From the NCBI GenBank assembly GCA_026985565.1, contig JALSQG010000076.1:1-43881 (forward strand): a stretch of DNA of 43,881 nucleotides, read 5' to 3'. Positions 9,307 to 19,250 of the stretch are shown in pieces. Each line of letters opens with the position of its first letter. Within the stretch, counting starts at the first letter, position 1. A program made the translations under genes and the position numbers. The DNA comes from Deltaproteobacteria bacterium (lineage in GTDB: Bacteria > Desulfobacterota > Dissulfuribacteria > Dissulfuribacterales > QOAL01). The notes beneath the pieces were generated by a model. The model was given only the letters and a program-made list of their open reading frames with translations, was not told where the DNA came from and ran no database searches.

Positions 9307-10493
9307 TCTTGTTTTCTTGAAAATATGGAAGACAGCCTTCCCCTTTGATTATACTTTTCCTCAAGGGATGCCATGGCGTTTTCTAATTGGGGAGATCGTA
9401 TGCCATGGGATACAGAAATGGCTGCCTCCCAATAGGCGGCCATTTCATCTGCCACCTTCACCAAGGAGCCGTCCACTGGAAGAAACTGATCCTGGTTCCA
9501 CTTATCCTCTATCTCTGTAACAAGCCGTTTCTGCCCATCCTCAACGACTCTGTTTTCAAACTGGTTTTCCAGAAAATATACCAGTTCCTCTTGCCACGAC
9601 TCTGGAAGGAGGGGCAGGATCTTCTCCTCCAGTTTCTTTTTCTCATATTCCAGGATGACCTTGTCAAGACCTGCCACCATACGTTTTACAGGAGAGATTA
9701 TGTCCCTTGTATACACCTCTGGCAGGTCATGAAAAAGGGCTGAGAAGAAGTTGTTGTAAGTGCGCCTTGGGCAAGGATTTTTTATACGAAGGGGTGTTAG
9801 CAGGTAGGTAAAGATGGCAACAACCAGCATATGGCCAAGTACTGTGGTCTGGGGAATACGAGGGGTTTTTGACCATCTTTTCTGAAATCTGAGCTGGCTT
9901 AGAAGATCTACGAAATGGTGGGATTTGCCACCAAGAAGTATCCTTTGTACGCCAGGAAGCTCATAGTAGTCTTCTATCTTGTCTTCAAGTTCCCTTTTGG
10001 TCTCTTCTATTCCATACATCTTTGGAAAGGCATCATATACCAATTCAAATTCCCACTTTGTTGCAAGATAGTGGGCTGCACTTAAAATGCGCTTTTCATT
10101 CTTGGCAAATTCAGGCTCTTCCAAATATCTGCCCATCTCGTCCATAAGCGGCCGACCTGATGAAAGGCTTAAAAGGCCAGAAAGTTCCGGACCCACCTGC
10201 TCCATTACATATTTATTCAGCTGCTTGCCAGCCTTTTTCATGAGGTAATGAAAAACCGGAGGCTTTATGTCTGTCAGCACCACTCGCTGGAGAAATTCGA
10301 AGAGCCCGCCCTCTATCAGGCGCAGCCAGTGGATATCCTGAGACTGCTCATGAAATTTTCCAAGCATGTAGGCAATCAGCATCTTGTGGGCCTGTTTGTC
10401 CAGTTCGGTAAGCTCCACAGGCCTCACATGATCGTTCCATCTCTGGATGCTTGCGGCCTCGAAAATCCTTTTAATCAACTCTGTTCGTATCAT
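9297..10493 (-). CDS. HD-domain metal-dependent phosphohydrolase family protein
   Basis: 398-aa ORF with VLGHMLVV ... FFSALFHDLPEVYTRDIISPVKR, an H...HD...D pattern. The 3' end overlaps the convergent OST gene by 10 nt. Confidence 0.6.
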   Translation of the reverse strand: MIRTELIKRIFEAASIQRWNDHVRPVELTELDKQAHKMLIAYMLGKFHEQSQDIHWLRLIEGGLFEFLQRVVLTDIKPPVFHYLMKKAGKQLNKYVMEQVGPELSGLLSLSSGRPLMDEMGRYLEEPEFAKNEKRILSAAHYLATKWEFELVYDAFPKMYGIEETKRELEDKIEDYYELPGVQRILLGGKSHHFVDLLSQLRFQKRWSKTPRIPQTTVLGHMLVVAIFTYLLTPLRIKNPCPRRTYNNFFSALFHDLPEVYTRDIISPVKRMVAGLDKVILEYEKKKLEEKILPLLPESWQEELVYFLENQFENRVVEDGQKRLVTEIEDKWNQDQFLPVDGSLVKVADEMAAYWEAAISVSHGIRSPQLENAMASLEEKYNQRGRLSSIFSRKQDYS

Positions 10494-10573
10494 GGCGTTA
10501 TCCTTACCTCCATCTTGACATCAAATATAATTCTTGTTATCAGACAAATCCATTGTCTTGTTTTTATTGTTGA

Positions 10574-10648
10574 AGGCGCGTAGCTCAGGGGGAGAGCGCT
10601 ACCTTGACGCGGTAGAAGTCGGCGGTTCGATCCCGCCCGCGCCTACCA
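10574..10648 (+). tRNA. tRNA-Val (anticodon GAC)
   Basis: Hand-folded cloverleaf. Acceptor AGGCGCG/CGCGCCT, D arm GCTC-AGGGGGA-GAGC, anticodon arm CTACC-TTGACGC-GGTAG, T arm GGCGG-TTCGATC-CCGCC, discriminator A, encoded CCA. Total 75 nt. Confidence 0.9.
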
Positions 10649-10763
10649 TTTAATTATTATGTTGATTAGTGAACGCAAATGATACGTATTGCATACGTAC
10701 ACCTGCCCAAAAACGTATTTTTTCAATAAAAGTTTACTTTGACCCACAAGATTTGTAAGAAAA

Positions 10764-10812
10764 AGAGGCATCTGCTAGACCATTTCATGGTCCAGGTGCC
10801 TCTTTAATTTTA
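10764..10812 (+). terminator. Imperfect hairpin plus T-rich tail between tRNA-Val and thrS (terminator or thrS leader element)
   Basis: AGAGGCA..CTG..GACCAT-TTC-ATGGTC-CAG-G-TGCCTCT followed by TTTAATTTTAT. Confidence 0.35.
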
Positions 10813-10850
10813 TGAGGTGTGAAAATCAAATAAGCGAGGCGGCCATTTAG

Positions 10851-12812
10851 ATGATTAAGGTAAGATTGGCAGATGGACAGATCCTTGAAGTTGACAAAGG
10901 TACGAGTGCGGCAGATGTGTTGAAGGAAGGGCTTAGCAAGAAACAAAAAAAACGCCTTATCCTTGCAAGGGTTGATGGAGAGCTAAAGGACCTGGGCTTT
11001 CGGCTTCAGAACGACTGCAAGCTTGAGCCGGTATTCTTGGGCGATGAACAGGCCCAGGAGGTCTTGCGTCATTCCACAGCGCACCTTATGGCCCAGGCGG
11101 TAAAGGAACTCTATCCTGAGGTGCAGGTCGCAATTGGACCAGCCATAGAACAGGGTTTCTACTACGACTTTAACACCAGAGAACCCTTTTCTCCTGAAGA
11201 CATTGCCAAAATCGAGAAGAAGATGAAGGAGCTTTCAAAGAAGGCTCTACCCATAGAAAGGATCGATATGCCAATAGATGAGGCAATCGCCTTCTTTGAA
11301 AACAAGAAAGAGCCATACAAGGTGGAGCTTCTTGAAGATCTCAAGAAGGAAGGGGCCGAAACAGTTTCCCTTTATCGACAAGGTGAATTTGTTGACCTTT
11401 GCAGAGGCCCACACCTTCCTGACACTGGAAAGATCCAGGCATTCAAGCTGCTAAGTGTTGCAGGTGCATTCTGGAGGGGGGATGAAAACAGGGAGATGCT
11501 CCAACGGATTTATGGAACCGCATTCTTTGACAAAAAGGCCCTCAAGGAACATCTTGATCGTCTCGAGGAGGCAAAAAGGCGTGATCACCGGAAGATAGGA
11601 AAGGAGCTTGAGCTATTTTCCATTGAAGAATCCATTGGCCCCGGGCTCATACTTTGGCATCCAAAGGGGGCGCTTGTACGAAAAATCATGGAGGACTTTT
11701 GGAGAGACGAGCACCTTAAAAGGGGATACAGCCTTCTTTTCACTCCTCATATAGCCAAAAGGGAGCTATGGAAGACGAGCGGGCATCTCGATTTCTATGC
11801 AGAGAACATGTATGCCCCCATGCAGATAGATGAGGTGGAATATCAGATAAAACCAATGAATTGTCCCTTTCACATAGCCATATACAATTCGAGGAAGCGC
11901 AGCTATAGGGAACTTCCCCTCAGATGGTGCGAGCTTGGCACGGTCTATCGCTACGAACGCACAGGCACCCTACACGGGCTCATGCGTGTAAGGGGCTTTA
12001 CCCAAGATGATGCCCACATTTTTTGTACGCCTGGTCAACTCGATCAGGAAATTATAGAGATTCTTGACATGACCCTATACATGCTACAGGTCTTTGGCTT
12101 TCAAAAATATGACATCTATCTTTCAACAAGGCCGGACAAATATGTTGGAAGTGATGAGCATTGGGAGCTTGCCACCAACGCCCTTAAGCGAGCCCTTGAA
12201 AATAAGGGGCTCGCTTATGAAATAGATCCTGGCGAGGGCGTTTTTTACGGACCTAAAATAGACATAAAAATAAAGGACTGTCTCGACAGGTCTTGGCAGT
12301 GTTCAACCATTCAGGTTGATTTCAACCTGCCTGAACGTTTTGACGTAAAGTATACAGGAGAAGACGGACAGGAACATGCGCCTATAATGGTGCACAGGGC
12401 CCTTTTGGGCTCCCTTGAGCGTTTCTTTGGAGTGCTAATAGAACACTACGCAGGCGCCTTTCCTATATGGCTTTCACCCATCCAGGCCAGGGTCATCACC
12501 ATTACAGACAGACAAGATGAGTGGGCCAAAAAGGTTTTGGAAATACTCAGGTCAAAGGGGATAAGGGCCGATCTGGATCTTAGGAACGAAAAGCTTGGCA
12601 AGAAGATCAGAGAGGCCCAGTTGGAAAAGATTCCATATATGTTAGTCTTGGGGGACAAGGAGGTTGCAGACCAAAGTGTCAGCCCTCGTACCAGGAGAGG
12701 AGAAACATTGGATGCAATGTCTGTGGAGGAGTTTGCCGAACTTCTTGAGAAACAGGCAATGCAAGAAAAAATGGGAGGTGTCACATCACCAGGGAACAGC
12801 AAGCAAGAGTAA
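10851..12812 (+). CDS. thrS: Threonine--tRNA ligase
   Basis: 653 aa. N-terminal TGS-like MIKVRLADGQILEV, class II core (RGFTQDDAHIF, GPKIDI) and C-terminal anticodon-binding domain. Conserved position upstream of infC. Confidence 0.95.
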   Translation: MIKVRLADGQILEVDKGTSAADVLKEGLSKKQKKRLILARVDGELKDLGFRLQNDCKLEPVFLGDEQAQEVLRHSTAHLMAQAVKELYPEVQVAIGPAIEQGFYYDFNTREPFSPEDIAKIEKKMKELSKKALPIERIDMPIDEAIAFFENKKEPYKVELLEDLKKEGAETVSLYRQGEFVDLCRGPHLPDTGKIQAFKLLSVAGAFWRGDENREMLQRIYGTAFFDKKALKEHLDRLEEAKRRDHRKIGKELELFSIEESIGPGLILWHPKGALVRKIMEDFWRDEHLKRGYSLLFTPHIAKRELWKTSGHLDFYAENMYAPMQIDEVEYQIKPMNCPFHIAIYNSRKRSYRELPLRWCELGTVYRYERTGTLHGLMRVRGFTQDDAHIFCTPGQLDQEIIEILDMTLYMLQVFGFQKYDIYLSTRPDKYVGSDEHWELATNALKRALENKGLAYEIDPGEGVFYGPKIDIKIKDCLDRSWQCSTIQVDFNLPERFDVKYTGEDGQEHAPIMVHRALLGSLERFFGVLIEHYAGAFPIWLSPIQARVITITDRQDEWAKKVLEILRSKGIRADLDLRNEKLGKKIREAQLEKIPYMLVLGDKEVADQSVSPRTRRGETLDAMSVEEFAELLEKQAMQEKMGGVTSPGNSKQE

Positions 12813-13306
12813 ACAGACAAATAAGGGCGCGTGAAGTGCGCCTGGTGGATGAAAATGGTCAACAGGTCGGTATTGTGCCCATTGAAGAGGCCCTTGAACG
12901 AGCAAGTGAAGCAGGCCTTGACCTGGTAGAGGTTGCTCCTAACGCCAGGCCGCCTGTTTGCCGCTTGATGGATTATGGCAAATACCGCTACGAACAGAGC
13001 AAGAAGGCCCAAGAGGCAAAAAAACGCCAGACCATCATCCAGGTCAAGGAAGTAAAGATGCGTCCGCGAACCGATGTTCATGACATGAACGTTAAGAAGA
13101 AAAAAATTGTCAAGTTCCTGAATCAGGGTAACAAGGTCAAGGTTACTGTCCAATTCAGGGGTCGCGAGATAGTACATCCGGAACTCGGTGCGCAGATGCT
13201 GAAACAGATTGCCGAGGAAATGGCAGACATATCTGTGGTGGAGCACATGCCGAACATGGAGGGCAGGACCCTTACCATGGTGCTTGCTCCGAAAAAGCCG
13301 CGTTGA
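12785..13306 (+). CDS. infC: Translation initiation factor IF-3, probably with a non-AUG start
   Basis: The ORF track starts at GTG 12836 (MRLVDENG), but the frame is open back to 12749 and encodes ..RVNRQIRAREVRLVDENGQQVGIV, which matches the conserved IF-3 N-terminus. ATC at 12785 lies 4 nt after GGAGGT (12775-12780). The C-terminal domain ends LAPKK. Confidence 0.8.
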   Translation: MTREQQARVNRQIRAREVRLVDENGQQVGIVPIEEALERASEAGLDLVEVAPNARPPVCRLMDYGKYRYEQSKKAQEAKKRQTIIQVKEVKMRPRTDVHDMNVKKKKIVKFLNQGNKVKVTVQFRGREIVHPELGAQMLKQIAEEMADISVVEHMPNMEGRTLTMVLAPKKPR

Positions 13307-13367
13307 TATAGGCACAAGGGGTCTCAATAATTTTTTAAAGACTCGCGCATTTTATTTTAATTTTGCG

Positions 13368-13396
13368 TTGACCTGTTAAGGGTTTGAGGTTAAATA
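13368..13396 (+). promoter_or_regulatory. Sigma70-like promoter upstream of rpmI-rplT
   Basis: TTGACC (13368-13373), a 17-nt spacer, then TAAATA (13391-13396), about 40 nt upstream of the rpmI ATG. Confidence 0.4.
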
Positions 13397-13436
13397 ATGC
13401 CGTTTGTGCCGAAATTTTTAATATGGGGGCTTTACC

Positions 13437-13634
13437 ATGCCAAAACTTAAAACCAAAAGGGCTGCAGCCAAGCGCTTTAAAAAGACCGGATCTGGAAAAT
13501 TTGTCTTTAATAGGCCCGGCCACAGTCACATTCTTACCAAGAAGAGCAGGAAACGTAAAAGATACCTGAAAAAGGATAGGGTTGTATCTGAAGCCATGCT
13601 TGATCATGTAAAACGCATGGTGCCTTATTTATAG
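13437..13634 (+). CDS. rpmI: 50S ribosomal protein L35
   Basis: [21 protein letters not shown]..., a 65-aa basic protein in the conserved infC-rpmI-rplT order. Confidence 0.95.
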   Translation: MPKLKTKRAAAKRFKKTGSGKFVFNRPGHSHILTKKSRKRKRYLKKDRVVSEAMLDHVKRMVPYL

Positions 13635-13682
13635 AGAGTTTTCAGGTGACAAAAAAGACGAAACATTCAAGGAGTAACACAT

Positions 13683-14036
13683 ATGCCCAGGGTTAAAAGA
13701 GGCTTCAAGGCCAGACGTCGTAGAAAGAAGATTCTAAAGCTTGCCAAGGGCTATCGCGGAGCACGGGGTCGCTGTTATCGCCAGGCAAAGGACAGTGTGG
13801 AAAAGGCCTTGTGTTATGCCTACAGGGACAGGCGGCAGAAAAAACGTTCTTACAGAAGGCTTTGGATCACAAGAATAAATGCAGCGTGCAGGCTGAACGA
13901 TATTTCATACAGCAAGTTTATGGGTGGGTTGGCAAAGGCAAAGATAGGCCTTGACAGAAAGGTGTTGGCAAACCTTGCTGTTACTCAGCCCAGTGCCTTT
14001 TCCGCCCTTGTTGAAAAGGCTAAGGCCGCCTTTTAG
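13683..14036 (+). CDS. rplT: 50S ribosomal protein L20
   Basis: [28 protein letters not shown]..., 117 aa. Confidence 0.95.
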   Translation: MPRVKRGFKARRRRKKILKLAKGYRGARGRCYRQAKDSVEKALCYAYRDRRQKKRSYRRLWITRINAACRLNDISYSKFMGGLAKAKIGLDRKVLANLAVTQPSAFSALVEKAKAAF

Positions 14037-14051
14037 GCTAAAGGCCTGAAA

Positions 14052-15062
14052 ATGGAAGATCGGCTTGGCTCCATTGAAGAAGAAGCCCTTAGGGCCATTG
14101 AAGAGGCCAAAGACAAAGATGGCCTTGAAAAGATAAAGGTCAGGTTTCTTGGCCGAAAGGGGCTTTTGACCGAAATACTAAAAGGTCTTGGACGCCTTCC
14201 AAAGGAGGAAAGGCCTAAGATTGGGCGCCTTGCCAATGAAATCAAGTTCAAGATAGAACGGGCCATCACAGAAAGACTTGATGCCGTTCTGAAAGAGGCC
14301 GGCCCAAGAGTCATAAGGGGCTTTGATCCTACCCTTCCAGGCAGGCCTCTTCCCCGAGGTCATCTGCACCCCATCACCCAAGTCCTTGATGAAGTGTGCG
14401 AGGTATTTGAACGCCTTGGTTTTTCTGCTGCCCAGGGCCCAGAAATAGAACTGGATTTTTACAACTTCGAGGCACTCAACATTCCGCCAGATCATCCAGC
14501 CCGTGACATGCAAGATACCTTCTATGTGGATGACAAGGTGCTGCTTCGCACCCACACATCTCCGATACAGGTACGTACCATGGAGGTTATGAAGCCACCT
14601 ATCAGGATCATTGCCCCTGGCAAGGTTTACAGGTGTGACTCAGACATCACCCATACCCCCATGTTCCACCAGGTTGAAGGGCTGATGGTAGATGAAGGTG
14701 TTTCATTTGCCCATCTTAAGGGCATCCTGACCCATTTTGCCCAGGAGATATTCCACCGTGATACCAAGGTTCGATTCAGGCCGAGCTTCTTTCCCTTTAC
14801 AGAGCCAAGTGCCGAGATAGACATACAGTGCGTCATCTGCAGGGGAGATGGATGCAGGGTCTGTTCTTACACAGGGTGGCTTGAGGTCCTTGGTGCCGGG
14901 CTTGTGCATCCTCAGGTCTTCAGACATGTTGGCATAGATACAGAGAAATACAGTGGTTTCGCCTTCGGTCTTGGAATTGAGCGAATAGCCATGCTCAAGT
15001 ATGGAATCAATGACATACGGCTCTTCTTTGACAACGACATAAGATTCCTCAATCAATTTTAG
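14052..15062 (+). CDS. pheS: Phenylalanine--tRNA ligase alpha subunit
   Basis: 336 aa; [38 protein letters not shown]. Confidence 0.95.
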   Translation: MEDRLGSIEEEALRAIEEAKDKDGLEKIKVRFLGRKGLLTEILKGLGRLPKEERPKIGRLANEIKFKIERAITERLDAVLKEAGPRVIRGFDPTLPGRPLPRGHLHPITQVLDEVCEVFERLGFSAAQGPEIELDFYNFEALNIPPDHPARDMQDTFYVDDKVLLRTHTSPIQVRTMEVMKPPIRIIAPGKVYRCDSDITHTPMFHQVEGLMVDEGVSFAHLKGILTHFAQEIFHRDTKVRFRPSFFPFTEPSAEIDIQCVICRGDGCRVCSYTGWLEVLGAGLVHPQVFRHVGIDTEKYSGFAFGLGIERIAMLKYGINDIRLFFDNDIRFLNQF

Positions 15063-15072
15063 GTAAAATATT

Positions 15073-17484
15073 ATGCTGGTTCCCTCTTCATGGCTCAGAC
15101 AGGTGGTCTCAGTAGAAGCTGACGACAATAATCTTGCAGAGGCACTTACCCTTGCAGGCCTTGAGGTGGAGGCTATCGAGCCGGCCTACCCATGGCTGCT
15201 TAAGGCAAAGGTTGTCAGGATTTCAAGGGTGGAATGGATCGACAAGGCAAAAAACATATCCCTATGCACGGTTGAGACTGGTGAAGAGGAGATACAGGTT
15301 GTTTGCGGCGCTCCCAATGTATCTGAGGGGATGCTCAGTGCATTTGTGCCTCCAGGGACGTTGATGCCTGATGGAAAAGAGGTCAAGAAGGCCACTGTCT
15401 ACGGCAAGGCCTCTGAGGGAATGCTCGCATCTGAATATGAACTTCTTCTTGAAGGGGATGCCTCTGGTATCTTTGACATCTCAAGCAGATACCCGGATGC
15501 AAGAATAGGCCAGAACCTGTCCGCTTTGACAGGTGTATCGGACACCGTATTTGAAATCGGAATAACACCCAACCGGCCGGATTGTTTAAGTATTCTTGGG
15601 GTGGCCAGAGAGGCAGCGGCCATCTTCAAGGCAAAGATGAACGAGGTAGAGCCTTCTTTGGATGGCTCCGTTGGCCTTCAGGACGTTGATATTAAAATTG
15701 AAGAGCCTTCCCTTTGTACCAGATATGTGGGTGCAAAAATAACAGGTGTAAATGTTGCTCCATCCCCAGGATGGCTTGCAAGACGACTCGTTGCAAGCGG
15801 CGTTCGCCCCATAAACAACATAGTGGACATAACCAACTATGTATTACTTGAGCTTGGTCAGCCCCTTCATGCCTTTGACCTTGATACCCTTTCAGGCCCT
15901 GCCATTTTTGTAAGAAAGGCACAAAGGGGTGAAAAAATAGTGACCCTTGACTCCAAAGAAAGGGAGCTTTCAGAAGAAATGCTGCTCATTTGTGACAAAA
16001 AGGGTCCTGTTGCAATAGCTGGAGTGATGGGCGGCCAAGACACCCAAGTAACGGAAAAGACATCAAACATCCTCATTGAAAGTGCATGGTTTTCTCCTTC
16101 GAGCATAAGGCGCACAGCAAAACGGCTAAAACTGCCCACAGAGGCTTCATACAGGTTTGAGCGTGGAGTGGACCCTTGTATCCAGGAAAAGGCCGCTCTA
16201 AGGGCTTGCGAGCTTGTTCTTGAAATGGGTGGCGGTACCTTTGGAGGCATCAAGGATGTGAACCCTGTTCCTTATAGTCCGGTAACCGTGAGGTACAGAC
16301 CAAGCCGTATGAGGTCTCTTATAGGCGCCAGGATTTCATCAGACACCATGCAAGATATTCTTGTCACCCTTGGATGTAAGGTGGAAAAAGAAAAAGAGGA
16401 CGCCTTTTTGGCGACCCCCCCTTCGTACAGGGGAGACTTAAAGGCTGAAGAGGATATACTTGAAGAGATTGCAAGATGCTACGGCTTTTCCAAGATTCCC
16501 ACATCTTCGCCAGTGGCGACGCTTATTGTTGAAAGGCCGACATCTTTTAGGCCGTTTCTCCGCAAAGTGCGTTCCATACTCAGCAGTCAAGGTCTAAGCG
16601 AGATCATCTCCTACAGTTTCATTTCCCCATCAGAGCTAAAGGCCTTGGGCTTTTCCAAAGATGATGACAGAAACAGGGCTGTTAGACTCAAAAACCCCCT
16701 TGCAGAAGACCAGTCCATTATGAGGACTTCTCTGGTGCCCTGCATGCTTTCAACCATTTCGAGAAATCTTCGAAGAAGGAATATGTCCCTTTCCCTTTTC
16801 GAGGTTGGGGCTGTTTTCATTGACAAGGGGCCTGGAGTCATTCCTGATGAGTATCAAAGATGCTGTGTGGCCCTGACTGGCAGAAGGTTTCCAAATACCT
16901 GGGCCTGGTCGGAAAGAGAGTCAGACTTTTTCGATCTAAAGGGTATTGCAGAAAACCTGCTTGCAACACTAAATTGTCAAAATCCTGATTTTCGTTTGCC
17001 CCAAAAGACAGAGTCCTATTTAGAAGACGGCACCCAGATCGATATAGTATGCTCACAAAACCATTTGGGTGTTATGGGGCAACTTGATATTTCTGTATCA
17101 AAGTCATTTGATATTTCCCAGAAGGTCTTTATTCTTGATCTTGATCTTGCTGCCTTGTCAAAGGCATCCTCGTCCAAAAAGGTATTCAGGCCTCTAAGCC
17201 GCTTCCCTTCTGTTGAAAGGGATCTTTCAGTGATAGTTGACGATTCTACAAGGGCCATAGACATCCTTGATTTCATAGAGGAAAAAGGTTCTGATGCACT
17301 AGTAAGTTACTATATTTTTGATGTGTATAGGGGAAAACAGATACCCAAGGGTAAAAAGGCCCTGGGGATTCATTTCGTGTATAGGGCCAAGGACCGCACA
17401 CTTTCGGAACAGGAAGTTGAAGAGATGCACGAGCCCCTGCAAAAAGCCATACTTACAGAGTTCAGGGGCAGTCTTAGAAGCTGA
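15073..17484 (+). CDS. pheT: Phenylalanine--tRNA ligase beta subunit
   Basis: 803 aa. N-terminal tRNA-binding domain (MLVPSSWLRQ...), B3/4 and B5 regions, and C-terminal FDVYRGKQIPKGKKALG. Confidence 0.95.
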   Translation: MLVPSSWLRQVVSVEADDNNLAEALTLAGLEVEAIEPAYPWLLKAKVVRISRVEWIDKAKNISLCTVETGEEEIQVVCGAPNVSEGMLSAFVPPGTLMPDGKEVKKATVYGKASEGMLASEYELLLEGDASGIFDISSRYPDARIGQNLSALTGVSDTVFEIGITPNRPDCLSILGVAREAAAIFKAKMNEVEPSLDGSVGLQDVDIKIEEPSLCTRYVGAKITGVNVAPSPGWLARRLVASGVRPINNIVDITNYVLLELGQPLHAFDLDTLSGPAIFVRKAQRGEKIVTLDSKERELSEEMLLICDKKGPVAIAGVMGGQDTQVTEKTSNILIESAWFSPSSIRRTAKRLKLPTEASYRFERGVDPCIQEKAALRACELVLEMGGGTFGGIKDVNPVPYSPVTVRYRPSRMRSLIGARISSDTMQDILVTLGCKVEKEKEDAFLATPPSYRGDLKAEEDILEEIARCYGFSKIPTSSPVATLIVERPTSFRPFLRKVRSILSSQGLSEIISYSFISPSELKALGFSKDDDRNRAVRLKNPLAEDQSIMRTSLVPCMLSTISRNLRRRNMSLSLFEVGAVFIDKGPGVIPDEYQRCCVALTGRRFPNTWAWSERESDFFDLKGIAENLLATLNCQNPDFRLPQKTESYLEDGTQIDIVCSQNHLGVMGQLDISVSKSFDISQKVFILDLDLAALSKASSSKKVFRPLSRFPSVERDLSVIVDDSTRAIDILDFIEEKGSDALVSYYIFDVYRGKQIPKGKKALGIHFVYRAKDRTLSEQEVEEMHEPLQKAILTEFRGSLRS

Positions 17485-17485
17485 C

Positions 17486-17818
17486 ATGGTAAAGACAAAA
17501 AAGGCCCTTACCAAATTTGAGATATCTCAACTGGTGGGCGAGGAACTAGGTTTTTCTGTCAGATCCACAGAAAAGGTGGTCAGCAGCCTTTTCAAAGTCA
17601 TGACAGATGCCTTAAATCAAGGTGAAACATTAAAAATTGTTCGTTTTGGAACATTTTCCCCTCTTTTAAAAAAATCTAGAAAGGGTATAAATCCTACTAC
17701 AGGCCATACCATTATCATACCGGCACGAAGAACCGTTTCTTTTAGGCCAAGTCCCTTGTTGAAAAAGAGGGTAAATGCTCAAAAAGGACCGCAAATACTA
17801 CAGAATAGGTCAGGTTAG
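17486..17818 (+). CDS. ihfA: Integration host factor alpha / HU-family DNA-binding protein
   Basis: ATG at 17486 sits 1 nt after the pheT stop. LKIVRFGTFSPLLKKSRKGINPTTGHTIIIPARRTVSFRPS matches the IHF/HU beta-arm. pheT-ihfA synteny is conserved. The ORF-track N-terminal extension (17318-) lies inside pheT and is rejected. Confidence 0.8.
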   Translation: MVKTKKALTKFEISQLVGEELGFSVRSTEKVVSSLFKVMTDALNQGETLKIVRFGTFSPLLKKSRKGINPTTGHTIIIPARRTVSFRPSPLLKKRVNAQKGPQILQNRSG

Positions 17819-18134
17819 CGAGATAATAGGGGTAGAACCCCATGTATTGCGGTTCTGGGAAAGTCAGTTCAAATACATCCAGCCAAGAAGGATTTCGAAA
17901 AGACGCCTTTACAGAAGTCAGGACATAAAGATCCTTAAAAGAATAAAGCAACTCCTTTACGAAGAAGGCTATACGATAGCTGGGGCAAGGAGAAAGATCA
18001 GGGAAGAGTTTTTGCGCAAAACCGTTGGCAGCAAACGCTCAAAGAATGTGCCTGTGCACGATATGGAATTGGTCCATGAGATAAAAAAGGAACTTCTTGA
18101 AATAAAGAAAATTTTGTCAAAGAAGATGAGGTAG
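17775..18134 (+). CDS. MerR-family transcriptional regulator
   Basis: YYRIGQVSEIIGVEPHVLRFWESQF is a typical MerR wHTH. 119 aa. Overlaps the ihfA 3' end by 44 nt if ATG 17775 is used. Confidence 0.8.
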   Translation: MLKKDRKYYRIGQVSEIIGVEPHVLRFWESQFKYIQPRRISKRRLYRSQDIKILKRIKQLLYEEGYTIAGARRKIREEFLRKTVGSKRSKNVPVHDMELVHEIKKELLEIKKILSKKMR

Positions 18135-18144
18135 ATCCAAGAAT

Positions 18145-19248
18145 ATGCAAAAGTTAGATGATGAACAGCTAAAGAGGCTTGCTGAGCTTAGAAAGAGAAT
18201 AGACAGCATTGACAGGGAACTGGTATCCCTTCTTCAGGAACGCCTCAGGGTCGCAGAGGAGATTGGCAGGACAAAGGCAAAGTCTCTGGCACAGCCCCTT
18301 GACCCTGTAAGAGAAAGACAGGTGATAAACCACATCCTTGAGTACAACCAGGGCACCTTTCCTCCAGATGGCCTGCAAGTCATATTCAGTGAGATAATAT
18401 CTGCCTGCCGAAATGCCCAGAGGCCTGCAAAGGTTGGGTTTCTTGGGCCTGAGACAACATTTACCCACATGGCTGCAACAGAATTCTTCGGGCATGCCCC
18501 AGAATTCATTCCTGAGTCCAACATAAAGGAAGTGTTCGAGGAGGTGGAAAGAAAACGCATAGACTTTGGAGTAGTGCCTGTTGAAAATTCCGTTGAAGGC
18601 ACTGTGGCCCTCACCCTGGACGGACTTTGCGACTATGACATTAAGGTATGCGGAGAGATCTATCTGCCCATATCCCACGATCTAATAAATAAAAGTGGGC
18701 GGATCGATACCATCAGAAGGATCCTGTCTCATCCCCATGCCCTGGCCCAATGCAGGATATGGCTTCAGCGAAACCTTCCCGCAGTGCCAACAGAAGAGGT
18801 GGTCAGTACTGCCCAAGCGGCAAGATGGGCGGCTGTTGATCCATCGGTTGCGGCAATTGCAAGCCCCCTTGCAGCACGGACCTACAATCTTTACACCGTT
18901 GCAAAAAGCATCGAGGACTTTGCTGGTAACACCACCAGGTTTCTGATCCTTGGGCACGAATGCCCGAGACCAAGTGGCCATGACAAGACATCTTTGCTTT
19001 TAAGCCTTGAGGATAGACCTGGTTCACTCTTCAGGCTCCTTGAGCCCTTGGCGCACAAGGGAATAAATCTTACCAAGATACAGTCACGCCCTGTAAAGGA
19101 CGAGCCGTGGCGCTATCTATTTTATGTGGACATTGCAGGCCACATTGAGGATGAGCATGTGAAGGAAGGGGTCGAGGCCATAAGAGGCGGATGCACCTTC
19201 CTAAAATGGCTTGGTTCCTATCCTGTGGGACTGAACAAAGGGACTTAA
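18145..19248 (+). CDS. pheA: Bifunctional chorismate mutase / prephenate dehydratase (P-protein)
   Basis: CM helix LAELRKRIDSIDRELVSLLQERLRVAEEIGRTKA. PDT domain VGFLGPETTFTHMAA ... NTTRFLILG. ACT domain TSLLLSLEDRPGSLFRLLEPLAHKGINLTKIQSRP. Confidence 0.9.
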   Translation: MQKLDDEQLKRLAELRKRIDSIDRELVSLLQERLRVAEEIGRTKAKSLAQPLDPVRERQVINHILEYNQGTFPPDGLQVIFSEIISACRNAQRPAKVGFLGPETTFTHMAATEFFGHAPEFIPESNIKEVFEEVERKRIDFGVVPVENSVEGTVALTLDGLCDYDIKVCGEIYLPISHDLINKSGRIDTIRRILSHPHALAQCRIWLQRNLPAVPTEEVVSTAQAARWAAVDPSVAAIASPLAARTYNLYTVAKSIEDFAGNTTRFLILGHECPRPSGHDKTSLLLSLEDRPGSLFRLLEPLAHKGINLTKIQSRPVKDEPWRYLFYVDIAGHIEDEHVKEGVEAIRGGCTFLKWLGSYPVGLNKGT

Positions 19249-19250
19249 TG

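Noticed and set aside
12446-13327. 293-aa ORF on the minus strand
   Set aside because: It is entirely antisense to the thrS 3' end and infC, both of which have unmistakable conserved protein sequences. Its composition (H, R, L, F rich) looks like a typical shadow ORF.
17318-17485. N-terminal extension of the IHF-like ORF
   Set aside because: It lies inside the pheT coding region in another frame. The conserved IHF/HU sequence begins at ATG 17486, right after the pheT stop.
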